NCBI RefSeq assembly: GCF_018350175.1
Contig: NC_058368.1
Location: 239,136,001 to 239,200,000 of the forward strand
Direction: 5' to 3'
DNA: 64,000 bases
From: Felis catus
Lineage: Eukaryota
The notes under the pieces were generated by a model. The model made no database searches and was not told the origin of the DNA. It was given only the letters and a program-made list of their open reading frames with translations. The translations under genes were made by a program, and so were the position numbers. Each line of letters begins with the position of its first letter. The first letter of the stretch is position 1. Positions 51,936-64,000 of the stretch are shown in pieces.

Positions 51936-53718
51936 TCATTTAGATCTTGATATTTTTTTAACAGAAGGAACCAAATGTTATTTGGTAAAAAACAAAACAA
52001 AACAAAAAATTTAGGAACCCAAATTAATCCATGACTCCAGACGACCCCAACTCTGACGGAGACCAGGGCAGCGAGGCATGGGTGGGTAACCCTGACCACC
52101 CTCTCAGGCCTGTCCACCATGGGGGATGCCGAGGTCAGGTGGGAGGGTGGATACAGGAAGGTGGTTAAGAGATCAAGGGGTGGGTTGCAGGCTATACACG
52201 ACAGCCCTGGGTCCAGGCCTTGGTTCCCCAAGTGGGCCAGTGGTAAACCTGGGTCCTCTCCCCCTGCTCTATGACCAACCTCGTGGGGGTTACTCAAATG
52301 TTTACCTCGGCTCTGGTCACTTGCCATTCAGGACACAGGGAAACCGGCCCTGACTTGAGCCCCTCGCTTACAACCTGCTCCCAACAGATGAAGGAAGCCT
52401 CAGCCACAGAGCACAGAAGGCAGGTCTCCCTGTACCAGCCTGAGGGTCCCTCGCGCACACCCCACCCAGAAGGCTCCACCTTAGTCTGTGCACAAGCCTG
52501 ACTCCCCCACAGCAGGTCAGGAGCAGAGGGGAGACCCCTGCCCCCCAAAGCAGAGACAATTAGAGGGGTGCTGTTCCAGATGACAGCTGGACAACCACAA
52601 AAGGCCTAAGGAATTGTAAGTGACAAAAGGAAGCAGGCATAGTACAATTCCTCAGGACGAGAAAAGGAAACAACACACGGGTTCGTCACGAGAGCAGGCT
52701 GGAGCCCGGCCCTCGGGTGCTGCGGCAGATTAAATGGCTGACAATAACAGGGGCTCCTGACACAGCTGACTGTCCACTCGGGTGGTGGCCAGGAGCATCT
52801 GAACACGCGTGAGACGCTAATGTGAAACCAACTCCAATAACACCAGCAGCAGTTAATCCCGGCCTGAAGAACAACTGGAAATCTTTCTTTATACTTTAAT
52901 TGTATTTTCCCAAGATTTCTACAAATTTTCATGTTCTTTTGTAAAACTAATTTTCTAAAAGCCTTTTTCTTTCTGGAAAAAGGCAGATGGAAGACATTTT
53001 TCAGGACTTTTTTCTTGTAGCTTGCCCACCTCTGCCCCATGTTTGAGGTCATGTGGGAAGTGTGGGTGGGAGCAGAAGTCCAGGTCAGCATGGGGCCCAG
53101 AGGCAGGGACTACAGGAGAGCCTGGCTGGCCTGTCCTCAGCCCACAGGTGTGCGGAGGCGCTGGACGAGCTCCCTGTGGGACTCAGATCACATTACCCCA
53201 GCTACTGAAACCCTACACGAAATGACCTTTGCTCAAGAAGAAATATAAGGATCAGATGTTTACTTATGGGACAGAACCTCAAATGAGAAGTCTAACCCTA
53301 GAGCAATTCAGATGCAGAGAATAAGGAGATTTTTACATTACACCTTTTTAAGTGTCCAGACAACACTGCAAAAGAAGTGTAACCCAGCCTCACCAAACCC
53401 TGAGGCAGAGATGGGGTAAGGGTCTCCCCATTTCAGAGAGCCACAGCTCAAATGTCAGCAGACCCAGCTCTCCAACAAGGCCCTGAACAGGGATGGGGCT
53501 TTTCCCTGCCTCATCGGCAAGGAAGTCACAGAGTGCTGCACTTAGCATGCCACAGAAACTTCACTTTTACTGATCTAGAATTCTAATGGGAAAAAAACTC
53601 CAGAGAATGTTTCCCAAAATTCCAAATTATATTTAAAAACCTCACAGTGTTGACATTTCTCAGCGGCCTCTAGAGCTGACATGACATAACCCGACCGGAA
53701 TTCAAACTACAAGGATCA

Positions 53719-53850
53719 GGGGTGCATGGGTGGCTCAGTCGGTTAAGCGTCAGACTTTGGCTCAGGTCATGATCTCACGGTTCGCGGGTTGGAGCCCAGC
53801 ATCCGGTTCTGTGCTGACAGCTCGGAGCCTGGATCCTGCTTCGGATTCCT

Positions 53851-53896
<46 letters not shown>

Positions 53897-53965
53897 CCTT
53901 CCCTGATGGCGCTCTGTCTTGTCTCTCAAAAATAAATAAGAATGTTAAAACTAAAAAAAAAAATT
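53719..53965 (+). mobile_element. Felid Can-SINE with long (CT)n
   Basis: ggggtgcatgggtggctcagtcggttaagcgtcagact..., a long (CT)n tract and an A-tail. Confidence 0.93.
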
Positions 53966-54240
53966 TATAAGCTACCAGGACTCATTGTCTAGTTGCAAGT
54001 CCTACTGAAATATGTACAGATAAAACAGTTGCTTTCCATGGCCCAAATCTGTTTCAGAGTAAGGGGTGGGGGGAGTGTTACGGTTATGCAGGTATGACAT
54101 CAAGCTGTCCATCAGCTGCTAACTGTTGAGTCTGAGTGAGGGGCACATGGGCTCATCACACTGTTGTCTCTATTACTTTTTTTTCATTTGTCACAATAAA
54201 AACTTTAAAAGCTATCTATGGGTTTATCAGTTCACTGCAG

Positions 54241-54593
54241 TTTTTTAAAAAATTTTAATGTTTGTTTGTTTATTTTGAGAGAGAGAAAAAGAGCACACGC
54301 ACAAGTGAGCAAGGGGCAGAGAGGGAGGGAGAGAAGCAGGGCTCACGTGAAGCCGGACTGGAACCCATGAACTGTGAGATCGTGACCTGAGCCGGAGTCA
54401 GATGCTTAACCGACTGAGCCACCCAGGTGCCCCTAATGTTTGCTTATTTTTGTGAGAAAGAGGGAGACAGAGGATCTGAAGTGGGCTCTGCGTTGACAGC
54501 AGAGAGCCCAATGCGAGGCTCGAATTCGCGAGCCGTGAGATCATGACCTGAGCCGGAGTCAGATGCTTCCCGACTGAGCCAGCCAGGCATCCC
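54241..54593 (-). mobile_element. Two head-to-tail Can-SINEs (54241-54433 and 54434-54593)
   Basis: Two heads (gagccacccaggtgcccc and gagccagccaggcatccc), each preceded by tgacctgagccggagtcagatgctt. Confidence 0.88.
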
Positions 54594-55043
54594 TGGTCCA
54601 CTGCATTTCTAAGCCTCAATCTATGTAACCTGGATCCTCACCTAGAGACAGGAGCAGCGGGGACTGTGTGGGCACAGCAGGGCAGACTCGGGCACTCCTG
54701 CCCTCGGTCTCTGGAAAGGGTCCTCAACCTCCGCACCAGTTTCTCTCCCAGCTCAAGAAGCAAGGCCACAGGAGGGAAACACCAAGCACGGGGTGAGTGG
54801 GTTCCACGGGCTCCACCAGATGCTGGCTGGCAGTGGCCGCAACATGGGAACAAGGCCCGTGTGCTCAGGAGCCGGCTCTTGCCCCTGCAGCTGACCTCAC
54901 TCAAAAAGGGAGGGCACAGTAAAGATCAAAATGGAAAATTTATCCTCTTCCTCAGAATGAAAACACAACAAAAGTACCAGAGAACACATGTAAATAACCC
55001 ACTGGATTTGGAAGACATGACCTCATCCGAATGGACTGCTAAT

Positions 55044-55330
55044 ACAGCTGAGCCCCCCCCAAAAAATGTGGGGGTTAGGGGCAACAGGCCCTGGAGCAGT
55101 CGAAATCCACATGGAACTCTGATGCCCCAAAACGTTAACTACCAATAGCCTGCTGCTGACCAGACGCCTTACCAATAACAGCCAATTCAGAGATACCTTG
55201 CGTACGTATTGTGTAAACTAAGCTAGGAAAAGAAAAAGTGATTAGGAAAACCATAAGGAAAATACATTTACAGCCCTACACCGCATTTATCAAAAACAGT
55301 CTGCAAACGAATGGACCTGCACAGGGTCTC
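55044..55330. mobile_element. Tigger2/MER8-like non-autonomous DNA transposon
   Basis: tacagctgagccc...tgggggttaggggc...gcagtcgaaatccacat...ttaactaccaatagcctgctgctgaccagacgccttacc resembles the Tigger2-type end as recalled. Confidence 0.65.
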
Positions 55331-55515
55331 CACAGGGACACAGTGCACTACTGGGCCATACCACCACCTAACAGAATAACTGCTTCTCCACAGACAAGAC
55401 AAACTTTTATATGCCCCAGAAACTGATCTTACTCCATTAAACTGCAAATTCCAGAATGCAGGTACTTCCCTTTTCCTCTGCTTTCACCGACACTCCCGTC
55501 CTGCTCCACAGCTCA

Positions 55516-55710
<195 letters not shown>

Positions 55711-57204
55711 TCAACACCCACATTCTCCTTCCAAAAGGCCCCACAGCCTCTTACAGCAGCTGATAACAAATGGCTGAGGCTGGGGGTGGAAACACAAGGC
55801 GCAAATGCATTCACATGCACTCTAGGAACGAAGCCATCATTCTGCAATCCCTCCCATGACTCCCCATCTGCAGTCCTGTGAGTGGCTGACCTAAGGACCA
55901 CCGCTTCTCCCTGGAAGGGTGAGCATAACCCGGAGGCCAGAGCTGTCAGGCACAGCAGGTCATTTATGTGCGCTCACTAGTTCACATCAAGTATACTCAC
56001 CCTACTGTGCTGCACCCCAAAAATCACCCTGCAGGGCGGCCAAGGCTTCATTCCCTGAATACGGTGAAGTTATCATTTTACAAACGGTAAGTTTCATTTT
56101 AGATTTGAAAGATAAAACATCACTGAAAGCTTCCAAATAAACAAAATGTAAACTTAGGGAAGCAGCAGATTAACTGATAGGTACTCCTATACATCAAGTA
56201 GCACAGACATTAGGCAGTAAAAGATTATATGGAGTAAGGCAGCCTCACAAGGTTCATAACAACCTGAGGGCCATTAGATATTATGACGAAGAGTCACTGA
56301 TTCCACCTCCAATTTACTGAATAGGTCTTGAAGAGGTCACCAGCAGGGAGGTGGTTTTAAAGACAGAGAGACACAACGGCCATGTGCCTGTGGGATACCC
56401 CTCGGGGCCGCTCTAAATGAAGACATCTACTTCCTTCCCTACTAATCCCACTACCTGTGTGCCTCTGGTGTCCTTACTTATTCAGGAGAGAAGATCCAGG
56501 GGCCAAAATACTTTTACTGGTTTCGGTCCTGTTGGAATCTTTGCGAGGATATATATACACCTATTATCTGAGTGAATTTCACAGTTAATTACCTGCAAAA
56601 GCACTTACTTTTCTCAAAATGATTCAAACATGCACACACATGACAGCACCCTTCCAGAGTGGTCAGCATACTCTATGCGTCTGTGACTTAAATCCAGGGC
56701 CCCCCCTTCCCTGCCAGTTGGTTAGAAAACAGGACCCATGACTTAGAAAACAGAGACAGCAGGTAATGAATGGGAACCACTCCCCCTGACCCCTACGAGT
56801 CTCCTCTCTTCACACTTGGCACCTGTGCCTTTGGGCAATAAGAGGTCCAAGCTGGTGAGGGTTGAGCTCATCCAGGGTGTGGACAGCAGACAACGGCCAC
56901 TGCGGTGCCGCTCTCCGGCCTAGTCACAAACATACAGGCTGGATCTCCACAATCTGTACAGAAAATGGAAGCAACTTCTATCATCCCTGGGACTAACTTC
57001 CAATTTCCCTGCTCTTCAATAGTATTGCAGTGAGAACAAAACCAAAGGAAGTCAGACCAGAAAAACGGATGATGAACAAACAAACTATAAAAAGGATGTT
57101 TCTACAAGAGGCAAAATTTGGGAGCAGACTGTTCCCTAAGAATTTCCTTCAGTGAAAACCCACACAGTGATAACCCCACCCTCATAAATTAAGAGGAGGT
57201 GCCC

Positions 57205-58068
57205 TGTGGAAATGCAAATCTGAACAATGAGATGACCTCACACCTGTTAGAATGGCTGGTATCAAAAAGACTGGAAATAAGAGGTGTTGGCAAGGATGTG
57301 GAGAAAGGGGAACCCTCCTGCACCTGTCGCTGGGAATGCAAACTGGTGCGGCTGCTCTAGAAGACAGTATGGAGGTTCCTCACAAAGTGAAAAACAGAAC
57401 TATCCTATGATTCAACAATTCCACTACTGGGTATCTACCCAAAGAAAATGAAAACACTAATTCGAAAATATATAAACGTGCCTGTGTTTATTACAGCATT
57501 ATTTACAGTAGCCAGGATATGGAAGTAGCCTGTGGTCATCGAAAGATGGATAAAGATGTGGTGTGTGCACACGTGCGTGCGCGTGCACACACACACACAC
57601 GCACACACACAAATATTATGCGGCCATGAAAAAGGATGGGACCTTGCCATGTGTCACAGTATGGATGGACCTAGAGGGTATCACGCTCAGAGAAATAAGG
57701 CAGAGAAAAACAAATACCAAATGATTTCATTTATATGTGGAATCTAAAAATAAAACAAATGAGCAAACAAAACAGAAACAGACTCATAACTACAGAGAAC
57801 TGGTAGTGGCCAAAGAGGAGGAGGTGAGGGTGGGTGGGTGACACAGGTGAAGGGGATTAAAAAGCACAAACTTCAGATTATAAAATAAGTGAGTCAGGAA
57901 ATGAAAAGTATAACATAGGGAACATAGTCAATTGTACTGTCAGAACACTGCGTGGTGACTCAGATCGTGTAATGTACAGTGTTGTCGAATCTCTATGTTG
58001 TACACGTGAAACTAACACGACATTGTCAACTATACTTAAATAAAATGAAAAAAAAAAGAAAAAAAAAA
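57205..58068 (+). mobile_element. L1 3' end with A-tail in PDCD6 intron 4
   Basis: ctcacacctgttagaatggct..., caattccactactgggtatctacccaaagaaaatgaaaacactaattcgaaaa, and 3' end tgttgtacacgtgaaactaa...gtcaactatactt followed by poly-A. Confidence 0.88.
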
Positions 58069-60012
58069 GAGGTGCTCTCCATGTGCAGCCCCAGCCTGTG
58101 ACCCTGGTCAGGACTGGGCCCTTTCAGACCTGACACACTGACCACAGGGCCACACCCTGACCTTAAGAGAATGAAGTTCTCTCCTTAGAACTAATAGGCG
58201 CAGGAGGGGTGAGACATCAGAGCTACCCTGAAGACCCCACATCACCTATTCTCAGCAGCCTGGCATGACAGCATACCTTCAGTAACTACTCTCCAGGGGA
58301 CAGAGACTGCAGCAAGGGACAGACCCATGTTTACAACCAGCCAATGGCATGAAAAAGGGGTGAGGGCTGCCTGTGGACCTGCTGGGACCCTAACTCACAC
58401 AAATGGACGGTTAACCTCTAAGGTGGGTCAATGGTGCGGATTTCGTGGACGTAGTGCACACGCCCCAGGGAAATGCTGCTGAATGAAGTGTGCTGGGACC
58501 ACGGCGCACAGGCCCCGTCAGCCTTGGCACACAACAGGGGACAGAGCAAATGCAGCATGAAAATGGTAGCGGCTGGGATGGGTGACGACTGAATGGAGGG
58601 TCCTGACACTTGATAACTTTCATAACCTTTTCACCAAAAGACGCTGGGCGGAGGGAGAGGGAGCAGCCCCGTGCCTGCTGCCCTGCCCACAGGGGAGGAC
58701 CGCCCTGCACGTGAGCAGACTCCCACTGTGGAGCGGTCAGCTCCCCGCTAGCAGGAGTGTGAAGGCCATGCCCCACACACCTCTTTATTTCCAGGTCTCT
58801 GTACCTGGAGCATAGCACATACTAGAAATGGGTTTACAAAAGGGATGTGTGAGCCATCATACCCAGCGTGGGTCCTGTGAGGGTGACCCAGTGCCACCAG
58901 GACCAGCCTGAGACATCAAGTGGAGCTGACAGAGGTCGGAGGACGCTGTGGGGCTTGCCCCCCACCCCCAGACTCCCTCACACACATGCAGAGCTGAAAA
59001 CGCAGCCCCCCTGTTTGACCAGGGCAAGAGAGCTGTCCTTAGGAGTCAAAACTGAACAGACTTTGCTTCAGTTACTACAGAAAATCTTCCAAAGTGATGA
59101 CTATGTGAAAAGGAGAACAATGTTCCTTTTCATAGAAGGCATGGATCCAGAGCAGGCTCTCAGAAATCAAGAACCAACTACAGGGAGAAGCTTTTAGAAT
59201 AACTACAATGCACCACAGAATACTTTTCTCCAGAAAGTGCTCAGAAGTCAGGAAGGAGCCCGGCCCTGCCCAGACCAAGAGGGCCTGCTGGCTCCTTACC
59301 ACAAGGAAGTGCCACATGACCTCTGTGACCATGCAGCCATGGCTGCAGATGCCAGGGCCTGATGGGCACTCGGAGGTCAGAGAGGCCAGTGGCACGGCCC
59401 ACCCTAGCATTCCCACTGTGAGCTCCAAGAACCCATTGGACACCGGCACTGAGTAAAAAGAGGGCTCTGGGCCTGACAACTTTAGAAAATGCCATGTTCC
59501 CTGACACCTAAGGTCACTTGTCTGGAAGTAATTCACAGGATGCAGGTTCCTCCCAAGCTGTCCTCAGCCCAGCCGGGCCTCCAGCTACCTGCAGCCCCAG
59601 GACCACCATCTGTGGACAGCTGCCAGCCACCCCTCCCAGATCTTCCATTCGGCCTGACCTTCTCCCCAACCTATAGGTAGAGCAAAGTCAGAAGCATTCC
59701 CAGTCCCAATGCAGAGAACCTGAGGTCAAGTCCTGCCCTAACCCTGACCCACACCCAGTGAGCTGAGAACACAAACGTGCTATGGATTCCCAGGGCCTCT
59801 AACTGAATACCACCAGAATTCATAAGGCAACAAACTAAGAGAAAGAGAAAGACAGACATGAAGTATGTGCCCAAAGGAAAAATGGGGGAAGGACAGAAGT
59901 TAATAACACGTTAACATAAGAACTAAAAATGTCCTTTGTATTATTAAAACTCAAAATACCTAGAAGTACGTTATACATTATGACAGTATATTATTATAAC
60001 TTTAACTTAAAA

Positions 60013-60291
60013 ATTTTTTTTTAACATTTATTTATTTTTGAGAGACAGAGAGAGGCAGAGCATGGGGGGGAGGGAGGGAGGGGGAGAGAGAGGGAGAGAG
60101 AGGGAGAGAGAGGGAGAGAGAGAGGGAGAGAGAGAGGGAGAGAGAGAGAGAGAGAGAGACAAAATCTGAAGCAGGCTCCAGGCTCTGAGCTGTTAGCACA
60201 GAGCCCGACGCTGGGCTCGAACCCACAAACCGCGAGACCATGACCTGAGCTGAAGTTGGACACTCAACCGACTGAGCCACCCAGGCAACCC
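60013..60291 (-). mobile_element. Felid Can-SINE with expanded purine tract
   Basis: Poly-T, (GAGAGAGAGG)n-like expansion at 60063-60158, ...gagccacccaggcaaccc. Confidence 0.93.
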
Positions 60292-61047
60292 ATAACAGTA
60301 TATTATTAAAAAAAAAAAAATAGTACATTATAAACAAACTTGCCTTATTTTTTTTCTAGCTGGCATTTATAAGCAGACTTTTAAGCAAAATATAGAAGGG
60401 GTTTTGTAATAGGGGCCCAGTGAACACAGGCCTGAGTGAGACCATCCCAAACACACCAGACTCTGGGTGAGACTCCCACAAGCCCCGGACAAATACCCCA
60501 TGTCTGCATAGCCCTACACACCAGAAATCCCACCTTCCTCTCAGACCCACACCCCCGCATCAGAGGGCCCACTGACCCACTCTGGAAGGCCGTGTGAACA
60601 CTCCCGCAGCACAGCACACTTGAGCCTGCACGCACTTGAGAACGGGCACTTGCATGCCTGCCAACACTGTGTCTGCAGCTTACAGAATCATCTCTGACGA
60701 GTGTCTGGATCATCCTGCCATGTGTTGTGATGTATCAAGAAATATGAGCTGCTCGACATTTTCTTTTCACTTATTCACGTTAAACTGTTTCCAAAGCTGC
60801 CTCATTCTCAATGTGAGTGAGACATCACTACATTTCACAAGTGAGAAATGATTGCATAGCCCTTATCTCATTTTGGATGCGAAAAAAACCCACATAAAAG
60901 TCTTCAGGTCAAATATAAGCCTTCATGATATAAAAAGTATCAAAGTATAAATCTGTATGCCAAAAAAAGTCACAGTTAAAAAAATCAGTAAAATGAACCA
61001 AGTAAAAAAACATTAATGGCACCTAGGTTCCAAAATGAAACATGCTA

Positions 61048-61344
<297 letters not shown>

Positions 61345-62243
61345 TCAGGCCGGTGCTCGGCCAGCAGGTGCCCACGGCCGAGAAATGCTCACTCGTTGAC
61401 TGGGAGGGCCAGACCACCTCTGCCGGCTGGCTCTCCAGCCACAGCCCCTAAGCCACGTTAGACAGACGTGAGGCACACGGTAAAGAGGGAAGGGCAAGAA
61501 AACACGGGCAGAGCCACAGCAGAAATAACGCTTCACAGCGAAGCAGGCTACAAAGACACGGCGCCTGGTGGATACTCTCACTTTGCCAGGAAGAAAGCAA
61601 AGTGCAGACTGAAGGAGCCCCTCCACTCTCTCAGTTCCCAGAACTGGGCCCAACTCAGGGCACCGCCACTTCCATTCTCCCAGAGGACCTACGCCCACCA
61701 GCGCAGGCCCACCCCAGTGACAAGAAGACTCTATCGGCTTTAGGTGTTTTCTCTTAGGAAGACTTGCTTTTCATTAAAAAAACAAAAACAAAAAAAACCC
61801 AGCCTAATTCCGGGTCCAAATACGAAAGAACCTACAACTACATCTCCATGTAATTGCAAAATGGCTAAAAACATATATATGAACTCAGTCTGAACTACTG
61901 CTGAGAAAATGACAAATCATTTGGTTTCTTTTCAGGAAGGGACGCTAATGGAAGATTGAAACATGAGCGCTCTTGGCTGCTCAGAAGTACACTATAATTC
62001 AGTGAAAGCGCACAGAATGAAAAATCAGGTCAAAAACTGAGTATCGGGTGTTTCCGCCAGTCAACAATCGTGCCAGATACGGACGGTGTGTGAAGCGCGC
62101 CGGTCCTGTAGGTACTTGAACTCTTCAGAACCGGGATGTGAAAGGACACGTCAGACAATGAGCTCAAGTGCTCAGCCGGGAGGGCAGGATGAAGCAGGAC
62201 AGGTGCCTGCCTGCACAGGCGGGACAATAGCACCTTTACTTAC

Positions 62244-62288
62244 ATATGATTGACCTGACAGTCACTGGATTAAATGGAGTCCATGTGC
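62244..62288 (-). CDS. PDCD6: PDCD6/ALG-2 internal coding exon (exon 3 by human numbering), 45 bp
   Basis: Minus strand reads ttattttcag|GC ACA TGG ACT CCA TTT AAT CCA GTG ACT GTC AGG TCA ATC ATA T|gtaagt = (G)TWTPFNPVTVRSII(S), matching ALG-2. Canonical splice sites, phase 1/1. Too short for the ORF track. Confidence 0.96.
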
Positions 62289-64000
62289 CTGAAAATAAGC
62301 GACAGGAATGACAGTCAGACACCAGCAAGCTCTAGGTTTCGAATCTGTACCATCTGAACCTAACAAAAGTAACTTGGGGGTCACGGGAAGACCCTGGCAC
62401 CACACTTCTCAGCAGGGACACTGTCCCCAGGGGACATTTCTGGTTGCCGTGACCACGGGGGGCTGTAAGCACGTCACGGTTGGGGTCCCATCCCACACTG
62501 TGCAGGAGTCCCTTGGCCCCAACAGACGAACATTCCAAGCTGTTTATAATGACGTGAAGCTGGGTACTTTACTGTGTAAACAAGATACGGCTTTAGAGTA
62601 TTTTAATATACACTCAGTTTTCCAGGCGTTCAGCCACCAGGTAAGTTGAGAGGTATACTGAAAAACATACCATACAACCATGCCTTAAAGTCTTCTCCTA
62701 AGATTGCACGTTATTTTCCTGGTGAGTGTGAAAAAGCAGACCATGGCACCCTGGGATCCACCTTCGTATAGTAATGGGGATATTACCAAATATTTGTCAT
62801 AGAGAGACTGCTGAATCTGACAGAACCGTTTATCAACCGATAATGAAATGTTCACTAGATACCTTTACGCCCCCAAATCTGTTTTCAGAGTGGTTTACAC
62901 CATTACCAATTTTTACACTAACTAAAAACAAGGAAAAAAAGTGTTTTTAATGTGGAGGGAAAGCAGGGCCTCTCCCCACACCCCACTTGTATGGAAACAC
63001 CTCATATTTCCCTCTCTGTATAAAACTCTGTGCTTCTCACAGAGACCCACCCCCTGACCTCACATCGTGACCTTTCGCTCGGAACTATGGTTCCAAAGGG
63101 AACCGTCCTCCACGCTGGGCTTTCCCGCTGCGGCGCCCAAAGGCTGTGCCTGCTCACCTCAGGGCTCACGCACGCGCCTCTCCAGACCCGGGGTGTGCCT
63201 CCCAACACACGCAAATCCTTCACCTTCACCTCTCCTTTAAGTCACAGGAAAAACGCGTCCTCAGGAAAGCCCTCCCTGAGCGCCCCACGTCCCCCCAGCC
63301 CCTAAGCTAAATCTGTCAGCTCTATCAGCGCAGGTTCGAGCTTCCCCTTTGGGACAAGCGCCACCGTAACTACTCGGTGAAGGCTGCTCTTCCCCTGAAG
63401 GCAGGGGCACACCTGTCCCTGTGCCTGGCACATCGGGGTTGGATAAGCATCTTCTGCAGGCTTCACAGACGTTCGTGGGGTGGGCAGAGCGGGCAGAAGA
63501 CTGTATACGAAGCTATTAGGGCACGTTACTGAAAACCCGTATAATAAAACTATGTTACAGAGAACGCAACAGAAAAGAAAGTTCTAAAGACAGAGAGTGT
63601 CACTTCCTCACCTCATTTGTTTTTCCCTCCCTCCCAGCTAGCTGCTGCAGGCAGCGACCTGCTGTTTCCACAGGAGACAGCCCACCACGGACTAGAAGCC
63701 CAGGGAACCTAATGCACCTACTGAAGCCTTTTCCTGATTCACTTTTCCTTTGTCTTCCCTTCACCTCTGCTACAGGCCGATGCGCTCTCAATCTGTGAAG
63801 GTGACGGCAGCCCCCGCAGGCCATCCTGACTGTGAGCAGAAGCCTCACGAGCCATCTCGCAAATGACTCGGCCAAACAAGTTTGAAACAAAAGCAACACA
63901 AGTGCAACAGTTGAGTAGTGTGCAAACGTGAGCACCTGTTGTGGTGAAAGCCAGGTGCCGCCTGGAAAGGCACACGTGGGGTGCCCAGGGAAGGCGCATC

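Noticed and set aside
56282..56300. Box C/D-like motifs (ATGACGA...CTGA) in PDCD6 intron 4
   Set aside because: Too close together and no terminal stem; a snoRNA cannot be supported.
62289..64000. PDCD6 exons 1-2
   Set aside because: No sequence encoding the ALG-2 N-terminus or EF1 loop was found; these exons lie outside the window.

Overview
Mammalian genomic DNA, very probably a felid. The evidence is numerous tRNA-derived Can-SINEs of the cat SINEC type and cat-type L1 3' ends. Two genes lie in tandem on the minus strand. PDCD6 (ALG-2, penta-EF-hand protein) contributes exons 3-6 and its 3' UTR at ~51.35-62.3 kb; exons 1-2 lie beyond the right edge. AHRR (aryl hydrocarbon receptor repressor) contributes a CpG-island promoter with a probable first exon at ~40.2 kb and coding exons at 30.1, 23.9 and 5.3 kb; the rest lies beyond the left edge. 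Introns and the intergenic gap hold old L1 remnants, MLT/ERV LTRs, about 13 SINEs and a near full-length Tigger/pogo transposon that was later hit by an L1 and then a SINE. Almost all ORF-track entries are GC-rich noise, and no prokaryote-type or wholly novel system is evident. The most interesting signals are: (1) splice phases that would let a PDCD6-to-AHRR read-through make an in-frame EF-hand/bHLH-PAS fusion; (2) a spliced uORF whose stop overlaps the AHRR start codons; (3) a cluster of three perfect xenobiotic response elements (XREs) in AHRR intron 3; (4) the tandem donor that yields ALG-2 deltaGF122; (5) nested or chimeric retroelements with readable target-site duplications (TSDs). Repeat family names and comparisons with human/mouse are from memory, not from searches, and old-repeat boundaries are approximate.
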